DNA of 64,000 nucleotides from a virus (IMGVR_UViG_3300049988_000286:384001-448000); one strand, 5' to 3'. Shown: positions 1-9,201, numbered from the stretch's first letter. Numbers and translations are program-made. Notes: generated from the sequence alone by a model not told the origin.

Positions 1-32
1 ACAAGAAACCGCTTGCCCTGTCGGGCATGGGT

Positions 33-218
33 TTATTCGTCGGAATCTTCACTGCTCGCTCCGAGAAGAAGCGCGATGAGGAGGATGCCGCCAACGAGCG
101 TCATGTACGATCCTCCCTCGCGCAAACCGAAATCTTGCAGGAAGCCACCACCGATCAGCAGCGCGGCTCCCGCGACAAAGATTTTCCCCATGGCGCGGTG
201 ACGGGCCGAATCAGGCAT
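33..218 (-). CDS. small membrane protein
   Basis: Two hydrophobic stretches; overlaps the stop of the upstream gene in the same operon. Confidence 0.5.
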   Translation of the reverse strand: MPDSARHRAMGKIFVAGAALLIGGGFLQDFGLREGGSYMTLVGGILLIALLLGASSEDSDE

Positions 219-444
219 CGGGCGTGACCTTGACGCTGCTCGCGGGCACCCAACGACCGTTGACCTGTAGCTGGCACGAGTAAGTCACCCATGTATCGGT
301 TCCATTGGCGACTACCCGCCACTGAAAGCCGCTCTCGCCCCAATCAGTCCGACAGGCGGCAGCCGCCCGCTTCCTTGAGTATTCGATCTCCTCCTTTGTC
401 AGAGAACACCCCGAGAGGAGGAGGAGCGTGAGGAGATACCTCAC
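211..444 (-). CDS. putative lipoprotein
   Basis: Signal peptide with lipobox LLLLSGC; GTGA overlap with upstream gene. Confidence 0.65.
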   Translation of the reverse strand: MRYLLTLLLLSGCSLTKEEIEYSRKRAAAACRTDWGESGFQWRVVANGTDTWVTYSCQLQVNGRWVPASSVKVTPDA

Positions 445-2582
445 GCCACCCCTTCCTCGATCAGGACTGCGGCATCGGCGAGATCGAATACACGATCCGC
501 CTCTTCCCGCGTCCCCACCACCTCACCGCGCGCCCGCGCATGGAGCATCGCGACATCATAGGCGGTGGGCTTTCGCTCATTGAGCGTCATCACCGCCTCC
601 GTGATGGCTTTCTGCTTCTCGTTCTGACCCACCACCGCACCGTAGCGCGAGGTGCCGCCCGAGATGTCGGCGAAGATCACCTTTCGCTCCACGAGGTCGA
701 AGAACAGCGGCATGTGAGCCGTCACCGGGGCGTTGACCTCAAACTTGAGAGCAACGCTCTCCGGCTCATAGGTCTTGCCCGACGCCACCGCGTCACGCTC
801 CATGAATCCTGCGTGGCAGGGGAAAGTGCTGAACTTCTGTCCCGTGAAGGAATTGATGTTCATCGCCACATAGCGGGCCGTCGATTTCAGCTTGCCGAGA
901 TCGATATCGATGAACTCCGACGCCCCGTTGGGGGCATCCTGAATATCACCCGAGTGGACAACGGCACGATCACCCGAATACAGGTTAGTGTAGGCGACAT
1001 GGCCGCGCGGCGCGAACTCCTCATCCAAGTACACAGCCGAGAGATCGACATCGACGCGACCCGCCCCGCCATTCTCCCAGTAGATGAACAGGCGCACGAC
1101 ATCACCCGAGAAGGCGAAACGCGATCCCTTGTTGACCATCACGGATGCCGAAGAGTCGCCGCGACGGTTGAAGGGCAGGATGATGTCCTTGAGCGCGGGA
1201 TCGACGAATACGCGACCCAATGCCTCGCGATCACGGACACGGGACTGCAACTCCTCGTCGATGGTGACGAGAAGACGAACCTTCGCATCGGTGGGCAGCG
1301 GCGGACGCGTCTCCGCAACGATCTGCGCTTTGTTGACCTGACCCTTGGGGAAGAACACGCGCTGCTTGAGGGCGTCGCGCGATTCGAGATACTTGCGAAG
1401 CTCGAACAACATCTTCTCGGTAAGGCGCGGGGCCACCTGCTTGAACCCCGTGGTGACGATGCGGGAATCGTCCGCGCTGCGGAGCATGAAGTCCAGCTTG
1501 CGCGCAAATTCACCGGGGCGCTCCGCCATCAGGCGAACGAAATCGAAATCGATCGCGCGGGCACGAATCCCCTCCTCCATCTGACGCGTGAACGTCACGA
1601 TGTTCTTGGGATCGTTGCGCAGACGATCGAAGGCACGCGCCACATTGGGGAACGCCTTGCGGTTCTTCGCCGTGCCGGGATTGAGACGCTCACCAAGGCG
1701 CAGCCAGCGCTCGCGGCTGCGCATCATGTCTTCGGCGAGATTGGCGAGCGGCTCCAAGAGCGTGAGCATTCCACGACGCTGCGAGGTCGAAAGCTTGAAC
1801 TTGACGTTCGCCTTCAACGACAGATCGGCCTTGTCATCGCTCAAGAAGGTAGCGATGCGCATGACATCGGTGGCTCCGGAGAGACCATCCCGCACCGCGT
1901 CTGCGCCGAACAACTGGTAGGCGAACGGCAGCGTCTCCTTGAAAAGCGGACCCTCGAAGCGCAGCGCGACCTTGCGCGATACAAGATCACGCAGAACTGC
2001 CTTCTCGTCCTCGGACAACGATGACTGGCGTGCCAGCATCGCGTTGCCCTCCGTAGCGAAACCATCGCGCGACAGGCCAAGCGGCTTGAGCGGCGTCACC
2101 GCCGAGAAAGCCACACGCTCGGTCTCCGGCGAACCCAGTTCGGGCACCGCGCGCTGACAGATCGGGCACGCACCGAAATCCGACACATCGAAGAGCGCGG
2201 AGTCGATCACGTGGCCGCACGACAATGCCGTGAGTGTGTTGCCGCCAAGACGGATGTCGAGCGCCGATGCCATCCAGCCGATCACGCGCTTCTCCATGTA
2301 GTCGCGCTGATCCGGGGTATCGTAGGGGAAGCCGTTGAACAGCTTGGTGCGCTTCTTATCCGCGCCAGAGATGACCGAGAGATCGGAGACGATCTGGTCG
2401 CGCAGCGCGCGAAAACCGTTATTCCCCAGTCCACGCATGGCGTCGAGTAGCGGCGCGTCGGGGGCATAGCCCAACATGGCGACTTCGAGTGTGAAAGCGC
2501 TAACCAGACGCTCATCGGTCTTGGCTTCGATCGCGGGCTGCGTGACTGCAACCTTACCGTAAAGCTTGAGCGTCTCGATCAT
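441..2582 (-). CDS. RING-like Zn-finger / TerD-domain protein (MXAN_6230/SCO0854-like)
   Basis: N-terminal CGH...CPIC; C-terminal TerD-like RVDVDLSAV...VHSGDIQDAPNGASEFIDIDL; probable start ATG 2582 (MIETLK) after GGGGA. Confidence 0.75.
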   Translation of the reverse strand: MIETLKLYGKVAVTQPAIEAKTDERLVSAFTLEVAMLGYAPDAPLLDAMRGLGNNGFRALRDQIVSDLSVISGADKKRTKLFNGFPYDTPDQRDYMEKRVIGWMASALDIRLGGNTLTALSCGHVIDSALFDVSDFGACPICQRAVPELGSPETERVAFSAVTPLKPLGLSRDGFATEGNAMLARQSSLSEDEKAVLRDLVSRKVALRFEGPLFKETLPFAYQLFGADAVRDGLSGATDVMRIATFLSDDKADLSLKANVKFKLSTSQRRGMLTLLEPLANLAEDMMRSRERWLRLGERLNPGTAKNRKAFPNVARAFDRLRNDPKNIVTFTRQMEEGIRARAIDFDFVRLMAERPGEFARKLDFMLRSADDSRIVTTGFKQVAPRLTEKMLFELRKYLESRDALKQRVFFPKGQVNKAQIVAETRPPLPTDAKVRLLVTIDEELQSRVRDREALGRVFVDPALKDIILPFNRRGDSSASVMVNKGSRFAFSGDVVRLFIYWENGGAGRVDVDLSAVYLDEEFAPRGHVAYTNLYSGDRAVVHSGDIQDAPNGASEFIDIDLGKLKSTARYVAMNINSFTGQKFSTFPCHAGFMERDAVASGKTYEPESVALKFEVNAPVTAHMPLFFDLVERKVIFADISGGTSRYGAVVGQNEKQKAITEAVMTLNERKPTAYDVAMLHARARGEVVGTREEADRVFDLADAAVLIEEGVA

Positions 2583-2603
2583 TGCTGTTCCCCAAATAAA
2601 GGC

Positions 2604-2666
2604 GTCGGGCAAATCCGGCAGCTATTCAGTGCAGAGAAGAGAAGGAAGCGCACCGATGCGCCCGAC
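2604..2666 (-). promoter_or_regulatory. structured 5' leader hairpin of the TerD/RING gene
   Basis: GTCGGGC(2604-2610)/GCCCGAC(2660-2666) closing stem with further inner pairing and a pyrimidine-rich loop; starts at the predicted transcription start. Confidence 0.55.
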
Positions 2667-2673
2667 AGTTGTG

Positions 2674-2702
2674 TCTCTAGCCCGAGTTCGCTCTGGCGTC
2701 AA
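2674..2702 (-). promoter_or_regulatory. sigma70-type promoter with CGAACT box
   Basis: TTGACG-17-TAGAGA on minus strand with CGAACT in the spacer. Confidence 0.6.
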
Positions 2703-2953
2703 TTGAATTCCGCAAGTCGCTCGCGCAGGAATGCCACGGATTCCCGCGTAGGCACGGTGGCTCGAATCACACCGGGGTGGTGGATGGCGAAATGCACCAC
2801 ATCACCGAAGATGCGGATGATACCATGGCCGGGAAATCTCCCCCGCCCTGCGATCCTGTTATTCCAACGGTTTCGCCGCCCCCATGGGAAGGGCTGTCCC
2901 TCATGCTGGGTGCCCAGCAACGCGGCAAATTCCGCGTAAAGATCATTTTCCAT
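2699..2953 (-). CDS. hypothetical protein
   Basis: 84 aa ORF behind a TGGACA-18-TACAAT promoter. Confidence 0.6.
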   Translation of the reverse strand: MENDLYAEFAALLGTQHEGQPFPWGRRNRWNNRIAGRGRFPGHGIIRIFGDVVHFAIHHPGVIRATVPTRESVAFLRERLAEFN

Positions 2954-3042
2954 ATCGGGAGATTGTAGCGTAGTTCACTTTCACTTGTCCACCCCTGTGA
3001 GGATTATTGTCCCGAGCAGTTAGTTGCAAGTATTCTTGAGTA

Positions 3043-3777
3043 ATGTTCAACCAATCCATTCAAGAATTCGTCGAAGCAGTCAGTCCCCAGATGAATATCT
3101 GGCACAACACTACACGGAAGGGTGATACCGGCGCGGGACATACCTGTGAGACAATTATCTTCGGGAAGGAAGAAGACAACAAATCTCTCGCGGACTTCAT
3201 GGGTTTCGAGTGCAAGTCGGTCCTCGCCACATCGAAGAACGCGCGAGTCCGATTGCTCAATTTCGCAGGAGGGGCGGAGGCAGAATTGTGTAAGCGTTTT
3301 GGGAAGGTGAGCCCCACGCGAGGTTACAATTCCTTTACCCGCCAACTACGATGCAACAAGCCGATCCGGGCGAACGGCTCCTCGATTGCCCTCGTCATCG
3401 AAGATAATGAACTCTCCCTACTCGTCGATGGACAAGAGCGCGTCGGAGAATGGCTTGTTGATGCGCCGGGGCGCAGTATTGCAACCAAGGTCGCTGACAA
3501 GATCGCCGATATGGCGCTGATCCGCTACGAGAAGCGCATCCAAGATGGTTTGCAGCAATATCGCTATACGGGGGTGGACTTCCACACCGGTTTGTCTCTT
3601 CCGCGCCTCATCACCGCTTTCGGCGCACAACACATTGCGGTAGAATTCCGCTACACGGACAAGAAGGACTATGGCACGAGTTTCAACATGTCCATGCGCC
3701 ACATGGAGGGATACTGGCCCCATCATACGACGGTAACGTGGGGCGATGGTCCGCCGAGACTCACTGCTAGGCGATAA
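3043..3777 (+). CDS. MvaI/BcnI-family PD-(D/E)xK endonuclease
   Basis: RKGDTGAGHTCE...EDNKSLADFMGFECKS resembles the MvaI/BcnI catalytic region. Confidence 0.7.
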   Translation: MFNQSIQEFVEAVSPQMNIWHNTTRKGDTGAGHTCETIIFGKEEDNKSLADFMGFECKSVLATSKNARVRLLNFAGGAEAELCKRFGKVSPTRGYNSFTRQLRCNKPIRANGSSIALVIEDNELSLLVDGQERVGEWLVDAPGRSIATKVADKIADMALIRYEKRIQDGLQQYRYTGVDFHTGLSLPRLITAFGAQHIAVEFRYTDKKDYGTSFNMSMRHMEGYWPHHTTVTWGDGPPRLTARR

Positions 3778-3785
3778 ATAGCAGT

Positions 3786-4421
3786 ATGAGCACCGTCGAG
3801 TTTCGCAAGATCATCTTTCGCCAAGGGCCTACCCTCGACCTTCCCGGCGAGCCGTTGCGCCTCCTCCCGGCGATCTACCATTCACCGCTCGACATCGCCG
3901 AGATCGCTTTTGGAAATGATCAGGGCCGCATCTTTATCGGCCCTGATCTCTCCGCCAAGTTACCGCAAAGCGTTCGTGTTGCCTTTCCCTACCAGAACAT
4001 CGAGATCGTGGGTGAAAACAGCCGCGACGCCTTCGCCAACATGCACGGCGATCGTTTGCGCGAGGACGATGCGCGCGACCATTACGCCGCCGTCCTCGAT
4101 CCGAGCGCCAGCCTTGCGCCGGTGCTGGTCAACATGAACCCGTACGTGATCCCGGTTGCTCACACATGGAGTCAAATCGATTATCTGATCACTGATGAGA
4201 AACGCGTTGCACTTCGACAAGGACGTCTCACCGTGGTGCGAACCCCTGTCGCCACCACTGTCACGGACAATGCCCGGTTACCACGCGGAGCCGGAACGCT
4301 ACCCACGACGGCGTTCGCCGAGTATCGACTGACCGTCAACAACTCCGGCATGTTGGTCTATCGGAGCCTTGGCCTCAAGCCCGTCCTGCTGTGGTTCCGG
4401 CGATCGTCAGGCAAGCGCTAG
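3786..4421 (+). CDS. late virion protein with Mtd-N-like head motif
   Basis: TAAATA 5 nt before ATG; RQG..LDLP...EIAF..DQGRIFIG pattern of jumbo-phage tail/baseplate proteins. Confidence 0.5.
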   Translation: MSTVEFRKIIFRQGPTLDLPGEPLRLLPAIYHSPLDIAEIAFGNDQGRIFIGPDLSAKLPQSVRVAFPYQNIEIVGENSRDAFANMHGDRLREDDARDHYAAVLDPSASLAPVLVNMNPYVIPVAHTWSQIDYLITDEKRVALRQGRLTVVRTPVATTVTDNARLPRGAGTLPTTAFAEYRLTVNNSGMLVYRSLGLKPVLLWFRRSSGKR

Positions 4422-5071
4422 ATCGCGTAGTAGCGGATACGGTCGCTGTCATGGGCGAGGCGAATCATCATGGCCTCAACCTCATCCTCGAAGAACGTCC
4501 AGCCCGGCGCGCCCATAACGGACATAATAGGCTCCTCGTTGTGGAAGCCAAGTTTTAGCGGATAGAAAGAGCCGCGCTGGAGCTTCGGTAACCCGCACAT
4601 CACCGCCCGGTATTTGTCATCGAAGAACTCGCGCGAATAATAGGCGAGACGCTCCTCGATCGGTGCGACGCAGAGCGCGGGTAAACCGGCACGCTTGAGC
4701 GCCTCTCCGGTAAGATGCATGGCACCACCGGGTTCAGGACGCAGCATCGTGGTCTGGAAACCATGGATATCGTGAAGACCGAGATGGATGCGGATGGTGT
4801 TAAAATCGGCTTCCCCGATCTCCCTCGATCCTGCCTTCTTCAACATCCCTGCTACCTGACTACGGGGCGGCAGCGGACGATGAATGATTTCGCCCCCATA
4901 GTTGAGCGCGATCTCGATGTTCAATGACCTCGGGAGAGGTGTAGCTTCGCTCAAGAAACACGCCGCTCCGCGACGATAGGTTGAGAGCAGTGGGGAGCGG
5001 CGAGGATCACTCCGTCGCTGTGCCATCTGTCCAGAGACAAACACAGACATGATCTTCTCGGCTTTTTCCAT
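4418..5071 (-). CDS. hypothetical protein with family-A-like C-terminus
   Basis: Ends WTFFEDEVEAMMIRLAH; TTGACT promoter and GGAGGG SD upstream. Confidence 0.6.
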   Translation of the reverse strand: MEKAEKIMSVFVSGQMAQRRSDPRRSPLLSTYRRGAACFLSEATPLPRSLNIEIALNYGGEIIHRPLPPRSQVAGMLKKAGSREIGEADFNTIRIHLGLHDIHGFQTTMLRPEPGGAMHLTGEALKRAGLPALCVAPIEERLAYYSREFFDDKYRAVMCGLPKLQRGSFYPLKLGFHNEEPIMSVMGAPGWTFFEDEVEAMMIRLAHDSDRIRYYAI

Positions 5072-5160
5072 TCCCTCCCCCTATTCGATTAAGCCACAGG
5101 AGTCAATCAAAACCCCAGAGTGACTAAATAGCAGGTAATCTTTTATCGAGGTCGTTCAAC

Positions 5161-5538
5161 ATGCATCCCATTAACAAGAAGAATTTCGGCGCTGGCAAGA
5201 TCAAGGTCTGGTTCCACAACGGTACCGCTCTGGTCACGGGCTACATCGTGAAGCAGCTTGGCGTGTCGAAGTATGTTGTCACGGATGGCGCTGTCACCAA
5301 GACGCTCACCCTCGCTCCGACTGCGGCGCTGGCCGACATCCTCACCGGTGTTCAGGCGATCGACGCCACCCACACTGTTGCGATGATCGCCGATTATTGC
5401 ACCACCACCGTTACGGTTGGTGCGACCGCCCACTACGCGAAGCGCATCTTGAGCAAGACCGTGATCACCGTTGGTGGCACCACCTTCTCTTGGACGCTCG
5501 GTACGCCCGCTGGTACCGTGTACGCCATCGCGAAGTAA
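5161..5538 (+). CDS. late structural protein
   Basis: TAAATA at 5125-5130, GAGG SD, biased codons, T/V/G-rich; HPINKKNFG..IKVWFHNGT..GYIVKQ pattern; followed by terminator. Confidence 0.6.
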   Translation: MHPINKKNFGAGKIKVWFHNGTALVTGYIVKQLGVSKYVVTDGAVTKTLTLAPTAALADILTGVQAIDATHTVAMIADYCTTTVTVGATAHYAKRILSKTVITVGGTTFSWTLGTPAGTVYAIAK

Positions 5539-5561
5539 GACGACCCGAACGACTTATTGGA

Positions 5562-5591
5562 GGGGTCTGGCCGCAGGGTCAGGCCCCTTTT
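5562..5591 (+). terminator. intrinsic terminator
   Basis: GGGGTCTGGCC-GCAG-GGTCAGGCCCC followed by TTTT. Confidence 0.8.
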
Positions 5592-6089
5592 CTACATGGC
5601 GAGCGTGAAGAGCGTCCGGTCATGTTCGGTCTCGAACATGAGATCGATATCATCTTCTACCATCCAAGATTTATCAGTGGGCCGTTGGTTGATACCCAGT
5701 ATGTCCTCGACACCGGCGGCTTCCATAATATCGATGGTGACCAGAGATGGTACGATCGGGGTGAACGTCGCATCAAACTGGAACGGCGCAGAGTGGAAGT
5801 TGCCGTAACCCAAGGCACGATCCACCTTGAGGGCGTATCCCCGCGTGATCGGGAAGTGCACTGAACCTGTCGCGCAGAACAGCACACGCTCGCAGCTACG
5901 TGTCCCGGTCGTTCGAGCGATCATCAATGCCTCCCAGCAGCGCTCCATTTCTCGCAGCACGTTAGTGGTCACCCAAGGATCAACCTCGACATAGTAGAAG
6001 CGGTTCTCCGCTTTGACGCGCTTGAGCGGCAGCCCCTTCATCGGACCGTCGTGGTGAAGACGCCGCAAGTCATTGATGGAAAACTTCAT
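5592..6089 (-). CDS. paralogue family A protein
   Basis: C-terminal LMFETEHDRTLFTLAM. Confidence 0.6.
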   Translation of the reverse strand: MKFSINDLRRLHHDGPMKGLPLKRVKAENRFYYVEVDPWVTTNVLREMERCWEALMIARTTGTRSCERVLFCATGSVHFPITRGYALKVDRALGYGNFHSAPFQFDATFTPIVPSLVTIDIMEAAGVEDILGINQRPTDKSWMVEDDIDLMFETEHDRTLFTLAM

Positions 6090-6352
6090 GCGTGAGCCAG
6101 TAGGAACATGGTGAGATCATGTCGAGTAAGGAAATAGACCTCGAATCCGTAGGCCCCCAAGGGATTGCAGAAGTAATTTCTCGTGCAGTTGGTTGCCAAC
6201 CATTCTTCGACGCGAGCGGGATCGGGTCGCACCGAGTCCGACAGGTACGGTAGTTCGGCTACGTTGAGCAACATCGTGGCAAAAATGTTAGTACCACGAA
6301 TCGATTGCCAATCATCATTGGAGAGGCCGAGCCGATGAACGAACCCACTCAT
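6086..6352 (-). CDS. paralogue family A protein
   Basis: EEWLATNC...VYFLTRHDLTMFLLAHA. Confidence 0.65.
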   Translation of the reverse strand: MSGFVHRLGLSNDDWQSIRGTNIFATMLLNVAELPYLSDSVRPDPARVEEWLATNCTRNYFCNPLGAYGFEVYFLTRHDLTMFLLAHA

Positions 6353-6693
6353 AGCCGCAGGAACTTGATATCACGGGGATGGATGGCGCGAATCGCCGAC
6401 ATCTCTTGGTTGAAGTCCTTCACTGACGTGAACGCTCCATTATCGAGGCTGGGATCGGCCTCGAAGATGATGTACCGAAGAACACCTTGCTGGTCGCAGT
6501 GCTCGAAATACACGCTACCCGTCTTGGCATCGATCACGACGGGGCTGTAGACTTCGTTGTCGATGTCGAAAAGGAGGTAACCCTCCTGCTGCATGGCGAT
6601 CATCCGATGCGCGACGCGGTGTGCGTTGCGGAGCCGCGCCTGATAGAGGCGCTCGCCTACATGGGGCATTTTCTCACCTTTGGGCATTATCAT
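6349..6693 (-). CDS. hypothetical protein
   Basis: ATGA-coupled to both neighbours. Confidence 0.6.
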   Translation of the reverse strand: MIMPKGEKMPHVGERLYQARLRNAHRVAHRMIAMQQEGYLLFDIDNEVYSPVVIDAKTGSVYFEHCDQQGVLRYIIFEADPSLDNGAFTSVKDFNQEMSAIRAIHPRDIKFLRL

Positions 6694-6899
6694 CGTCCCG
6701 CAAAAATAAGGAAGAATTCGAGCGAGGATTGCTCATCCGGAAAGCCGTAGCGCCCGCCTTTGAACGCACAATTCAGCATGGTGGGATCACCGAAATACAG
6801 CCCAAGTTCAGCGACGTTGCGCGCCATCTCCGAGAAGGAGAGGCAGACGATCCACTCGCCGGGTGGATCATCCACCTCACCACCGGGGCGGCGTGTCAC
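6690..6899 (-). CDS. small protein, family-A-like C-terminus
   Basis: YGFPDEQSSLEFFLIF; GTGA coupling. Confidence 0.55.
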   Translation of the reverse strand: MTRRPGGEVDDPPGEWIVCLSFSEMARNVAELGLYFGDPTMLNCAFKGGRYGFPDEQSSLEFFLIFAGR

Positions 6900-7384
6900 G
6901 CGTAATAGCGCCGCGTCTCGAAACCTTCGGCTTCCATCATCCAGTGCCGCGCGGCGGTATCGAGCAACTGATGTGCGCGTTTGCCACCCTCGATATCGCC
7001 CTTGAGGAAGAGAACGGCGATCTTATGATGATCCACCGCATCCTCCTTATAGGTTCGGCTCAACTCCCCCTCCCCCTCATCGGCGCATTGGCTGCTCTCT
7101 TCGAGGAGGGTGTCGCGCGCCTTCTCGGCAAATCGCGCAAGTTCTTCGGCCGTATAGGGGATGGGCGGCGCACGCTGCACGTCGAACGCCCACGTGAAGA
7201 AGCGCTCGAACTTGTCGAGATCGGTGCCGCCGGTGGAGACGGTCCTGTCCTCGTTGATCTTGCGCGCCAGTACCGTCGTGAACACCGACATGAAGGCGGC
7301 GGGATGCGGGGCGTTGTCGCCTTGGAGCACCGCGAGCATTTCGAGCGCATTGTCACGCTCCAAGATTTCCTTCTCGTCTCGCAT
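6896..7384 (-). CDS. hypothetical protein
   Basis: GGAGG SD; TTGATC-16-TATTGA promoter with CGAACT box. Confidence 0.65.
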   Translation of the reverse strand: MRDEKEILERDNALEMLAVLQGDNAPHPAAFMSVFTTVLARKINEDRTVSTGGTDLDKFERFFTWAFDVQRAPPIPYTAEELARFAEKARDTLLEESSQCADEGEGELSRTYKEDAVDHHKIAVLFLKGDIEGGKRAHQLLDTAARHWMMEAEGFETRRYYA

Positions 7385-7442
7385 CGCTAATCTCCTCCGC
7401 GCCTCAATAGCACAGTTCGATCACCGATCAAGTAAATATCGA

Positions 7443-7691
7443 ATGCGAGACTTCATCGACATCATCGAGAACATGGCGCAGAGCGAGCGTGGTCCCTACT
7501 TCGACCGCGTATGGTCCGCGTATGAGAAAGTGCGCGACCGCTCGCAACCTGATGCGGTGGCGCTCCTAGACCCCAAGACGATCGAGCACGTTCGCCGTCG
7601 CCATCACATCAGCTCGAACCAGCGTCAGCGCGCCCGTTTGAAGACCGATACCGATACGGATAATTCGGTCTTCGATGGCGGACAGGATTAG
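7443..7691 (+). CDS. late protein with putative capsid-targeting N-terminus
   Basis: TAAATA(7433-7438)+4 nt+ATG; starts MRDFIDIIE. Confidence 0.6.
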   Translation: MRDFIDIIENMAQSERGPYFDRVWSAYEKVRDRSQPDAVALLDPKTIEHVRRRHHISSNQRQRARLKTDTDTDNSVFDGGQD

Positions 7692-7957
7692 AGCCAGACC
7701 TTCCGCCCCCGGCAATCCGCGCTATGCTCCACCGCTGCGATCTTGAACAAGGCGGCGTTGCCGTCGTCGCGGAAGTATAACAAGGCGGCGTTATTACGAT
7801 CAACGACGTGCCTCATATACTGGTCTTCGGGCACGTTCTCTTCACACCATGCCAATACAGCCTCGATCTTCTCCGCGATATTGTCTGGATAGCGGAGCCG
7901 GTGGAAGACGAATTTGGTCCACTCCTCGCCGGTGAGGAGTTCCCGTCGATACCTCAC
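7688..7957 (-). CDS. paralogue family A protein
   Basis: LAWCEENV...LYFRDDGNAALFKI. Confidence 0.65.
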   Translation of the reverse strand: MRYRRELLTGEEWTKFVFHRLRYPDNIAEKIEAVLAWCEENVPEDQYMRHVVDRNNAALLYFRDDGNAALFKIAAVEHSADCRGRKVWL

Positions 7958-8532
7958 GTCAGGGTCCGCAAACCCGTGACATCCTCGTCGAGATCGATCT
8001 CGTGAACGGGACCAAGACCAAGACAGGTGATCGTCGGCTTCGGGCTGCCGTCATCGTTCTTGAAGACCGTCAGACCCGCGTCCTTGACCAACGAGACGCC
8101 GCAACGCTCGCGATACTTGGCTTCCAAGGCGATCAACTCCGCCTCCGTGGGGACCACCAGCGTGATCTTGAAGGCGCGCTGACTACCCCGATACGAGGCT
8201 GCCACGAGGGGGAAACGCAGAAGGCTGTCCCAATACGCATGGACGTACCCGTGCCCCCCTTGCGTGATCATCTTGCCCCGCACCCCCTTCATCTGGTCCA
8301 AGGCTTCTTTGGAAAAGATGCAATATTGCTTCAGTTTGACGCCCCGATAGCGAGCCATCCACGCCCGTTGCAGCCGCCAGCGATCCATTCCATAGTAGAG
8401 GACGCCCCCTACGGCGAGCAGAATACCACCGAGATGGGAGAAATTGTCCCCGACGAGCGCGCCGGTGATGACGAGGCCAAGTAGCCACACCTGACCGCGC
8501 TTGCGCTGTTCCTGAAATTCACCTGCCATCAT
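7954..8532 (-). CDS. pth2: peptidyl-tRNA hydrolase type 2 with N-terminal membrane segments
   Basis: GKMITQGGHG, KITLVV...EAELIAL, VKDAGLTVF, TITCLGLGP match Pth2 motifs. Confidence 0.75.
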   Translation of the reverse strand: MMAGEFQEQRKRGQVWLLGLVITGALVGDNFSHLGGILLAVGGVLYYGMDRWRLQRAWMARYRGVKLKQYCIFSKEALDQMKGVRGKMITQGGHGYVHAYWDSLLRFPLVAASYRGSQRAFKITLVVPTEAELIALEAKYRERCGVSLVKDAGLTVFKNDDGSPKPTITCLGLGPVHEIDLDEDVTGLRTLT

Positions 8533-8536
8533 CGCC

Positions 8537-9019
8537 CTACCTTGTGAAATTTAGATCAAAGAGCACCCGGTCGCCATCATCGGCGAAGGAGAACATCTCC
8601 GCGACGATCCACCTACCCGATATCTGCTCGCAGCACCACCAATAAGCGTCGATGCAACGCTGATCGAAATAGTGGATAAAGTCGCTCGTGAACCAAGTGC
8701 CGGTCTTGAGATGCGAGTCGAAGTGCTCGGGATCGTAGAGGCCCATGCGGTCCAGCAGTGCACGGCTTGAACGATCTTGCTGCGCCTCGCTGAACCCGCG
8801 CCGCCATTCTTCATTATTGAGTCGCGTCGCCGCGCAGTAGCGGACCCAATCAGGGTCGGTGATACGTCCCGGCTGTTGCACATAGGGTCCGCCGGGATTG
8901 TAGTCCTTGGTCCATTTCTCGCCAGTCTTGTAGCCCTGCTCCCAGCTTTGCCGAGCCGTCACCTTGTAGCGACGGAACGGCGCATCCCGCGAGATCATGT
9001 TGGGCGACTTCAATGGCAT
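8537..9019 (-). CDS. two-domain protein with family A C-terminal domain
   Basis: YWWCCEQISGRW...FSFADDGDRVLFDLNF; promoter TTGACT-17-TACCTC with CGAACT. Confidence 0.6.
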   Translation of the reverse strand: MPLKSPNMISRDAPFRRYKVTARQSWEQGYKTGEKWTKDYNPGGPYVQQPGRITDPDWVRYCAATRLNNEEWRRGFSEAQQDRSSRALLDRMGLYDPEHFDSHLKTGTWFTSDFIHYFDQRCIDAYWWCCEQISGRWIVAEMFSFADDGDRVLFDLNFTR

Positions 9020-9054
9020 TCGGGGGAGGTATCATCGATAGTTCGATGAGTCAA

Positions 9055-9149
9055 TGGTACGCCCGGAGGGATTCGAACCCCCAACCGTTCCGCGATCTGC
9101 GGATCATGAGGTATAAGCTCACCGCTCTAACCAATTGAGCTACGGGCGC
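9055..9149 (-). tRNA. tRNA-Ile(UAU) with long variable arm
   Basis: Cloverleaf GCGCCCG/CGGGCGT, anticodon loop CT-TAT-AC, variable arm CCGC-AGATC-GCGG, encoded CCA. Confidence 0.85.
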
Positions 9150-9183
9150 ACGAGAGCCTTGTGGCTCGATCGTCGTCGTAGCT

Positions 9184-9201
9184 TCATATCAACTGGTGCA
9201 T
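9184..9201 (-). CDS. leader minigene MHQLI (sensor codon ATA)
   Basis: TAAATA(9207-9212)+5 nt+ATG CAC CAG TTG ATA TGA, 34 nt upstream of tRNA-Ile(UAU). Confidence 0.55.
   Translation of the reverse strand: MHQLI

Noticed and set aside
540-2024. 494-aa plus-strand ORF, and similar long antisense ORFs (24037-25113, 26082-27143, 33818-34645, 53423-54205, 54832-55695)
   Set aside because: Shadow frames of GC-biased real genes on the opposite strand; no motifs, SD or promoter.
2685-2700. CGAACT/AGTTCG box as an alphaproteobacterial LexA site
   Set aside because: That LexA needs GTTC-N7-GTTC direct repeats; no second half-site at the required spacing in the cases checked.
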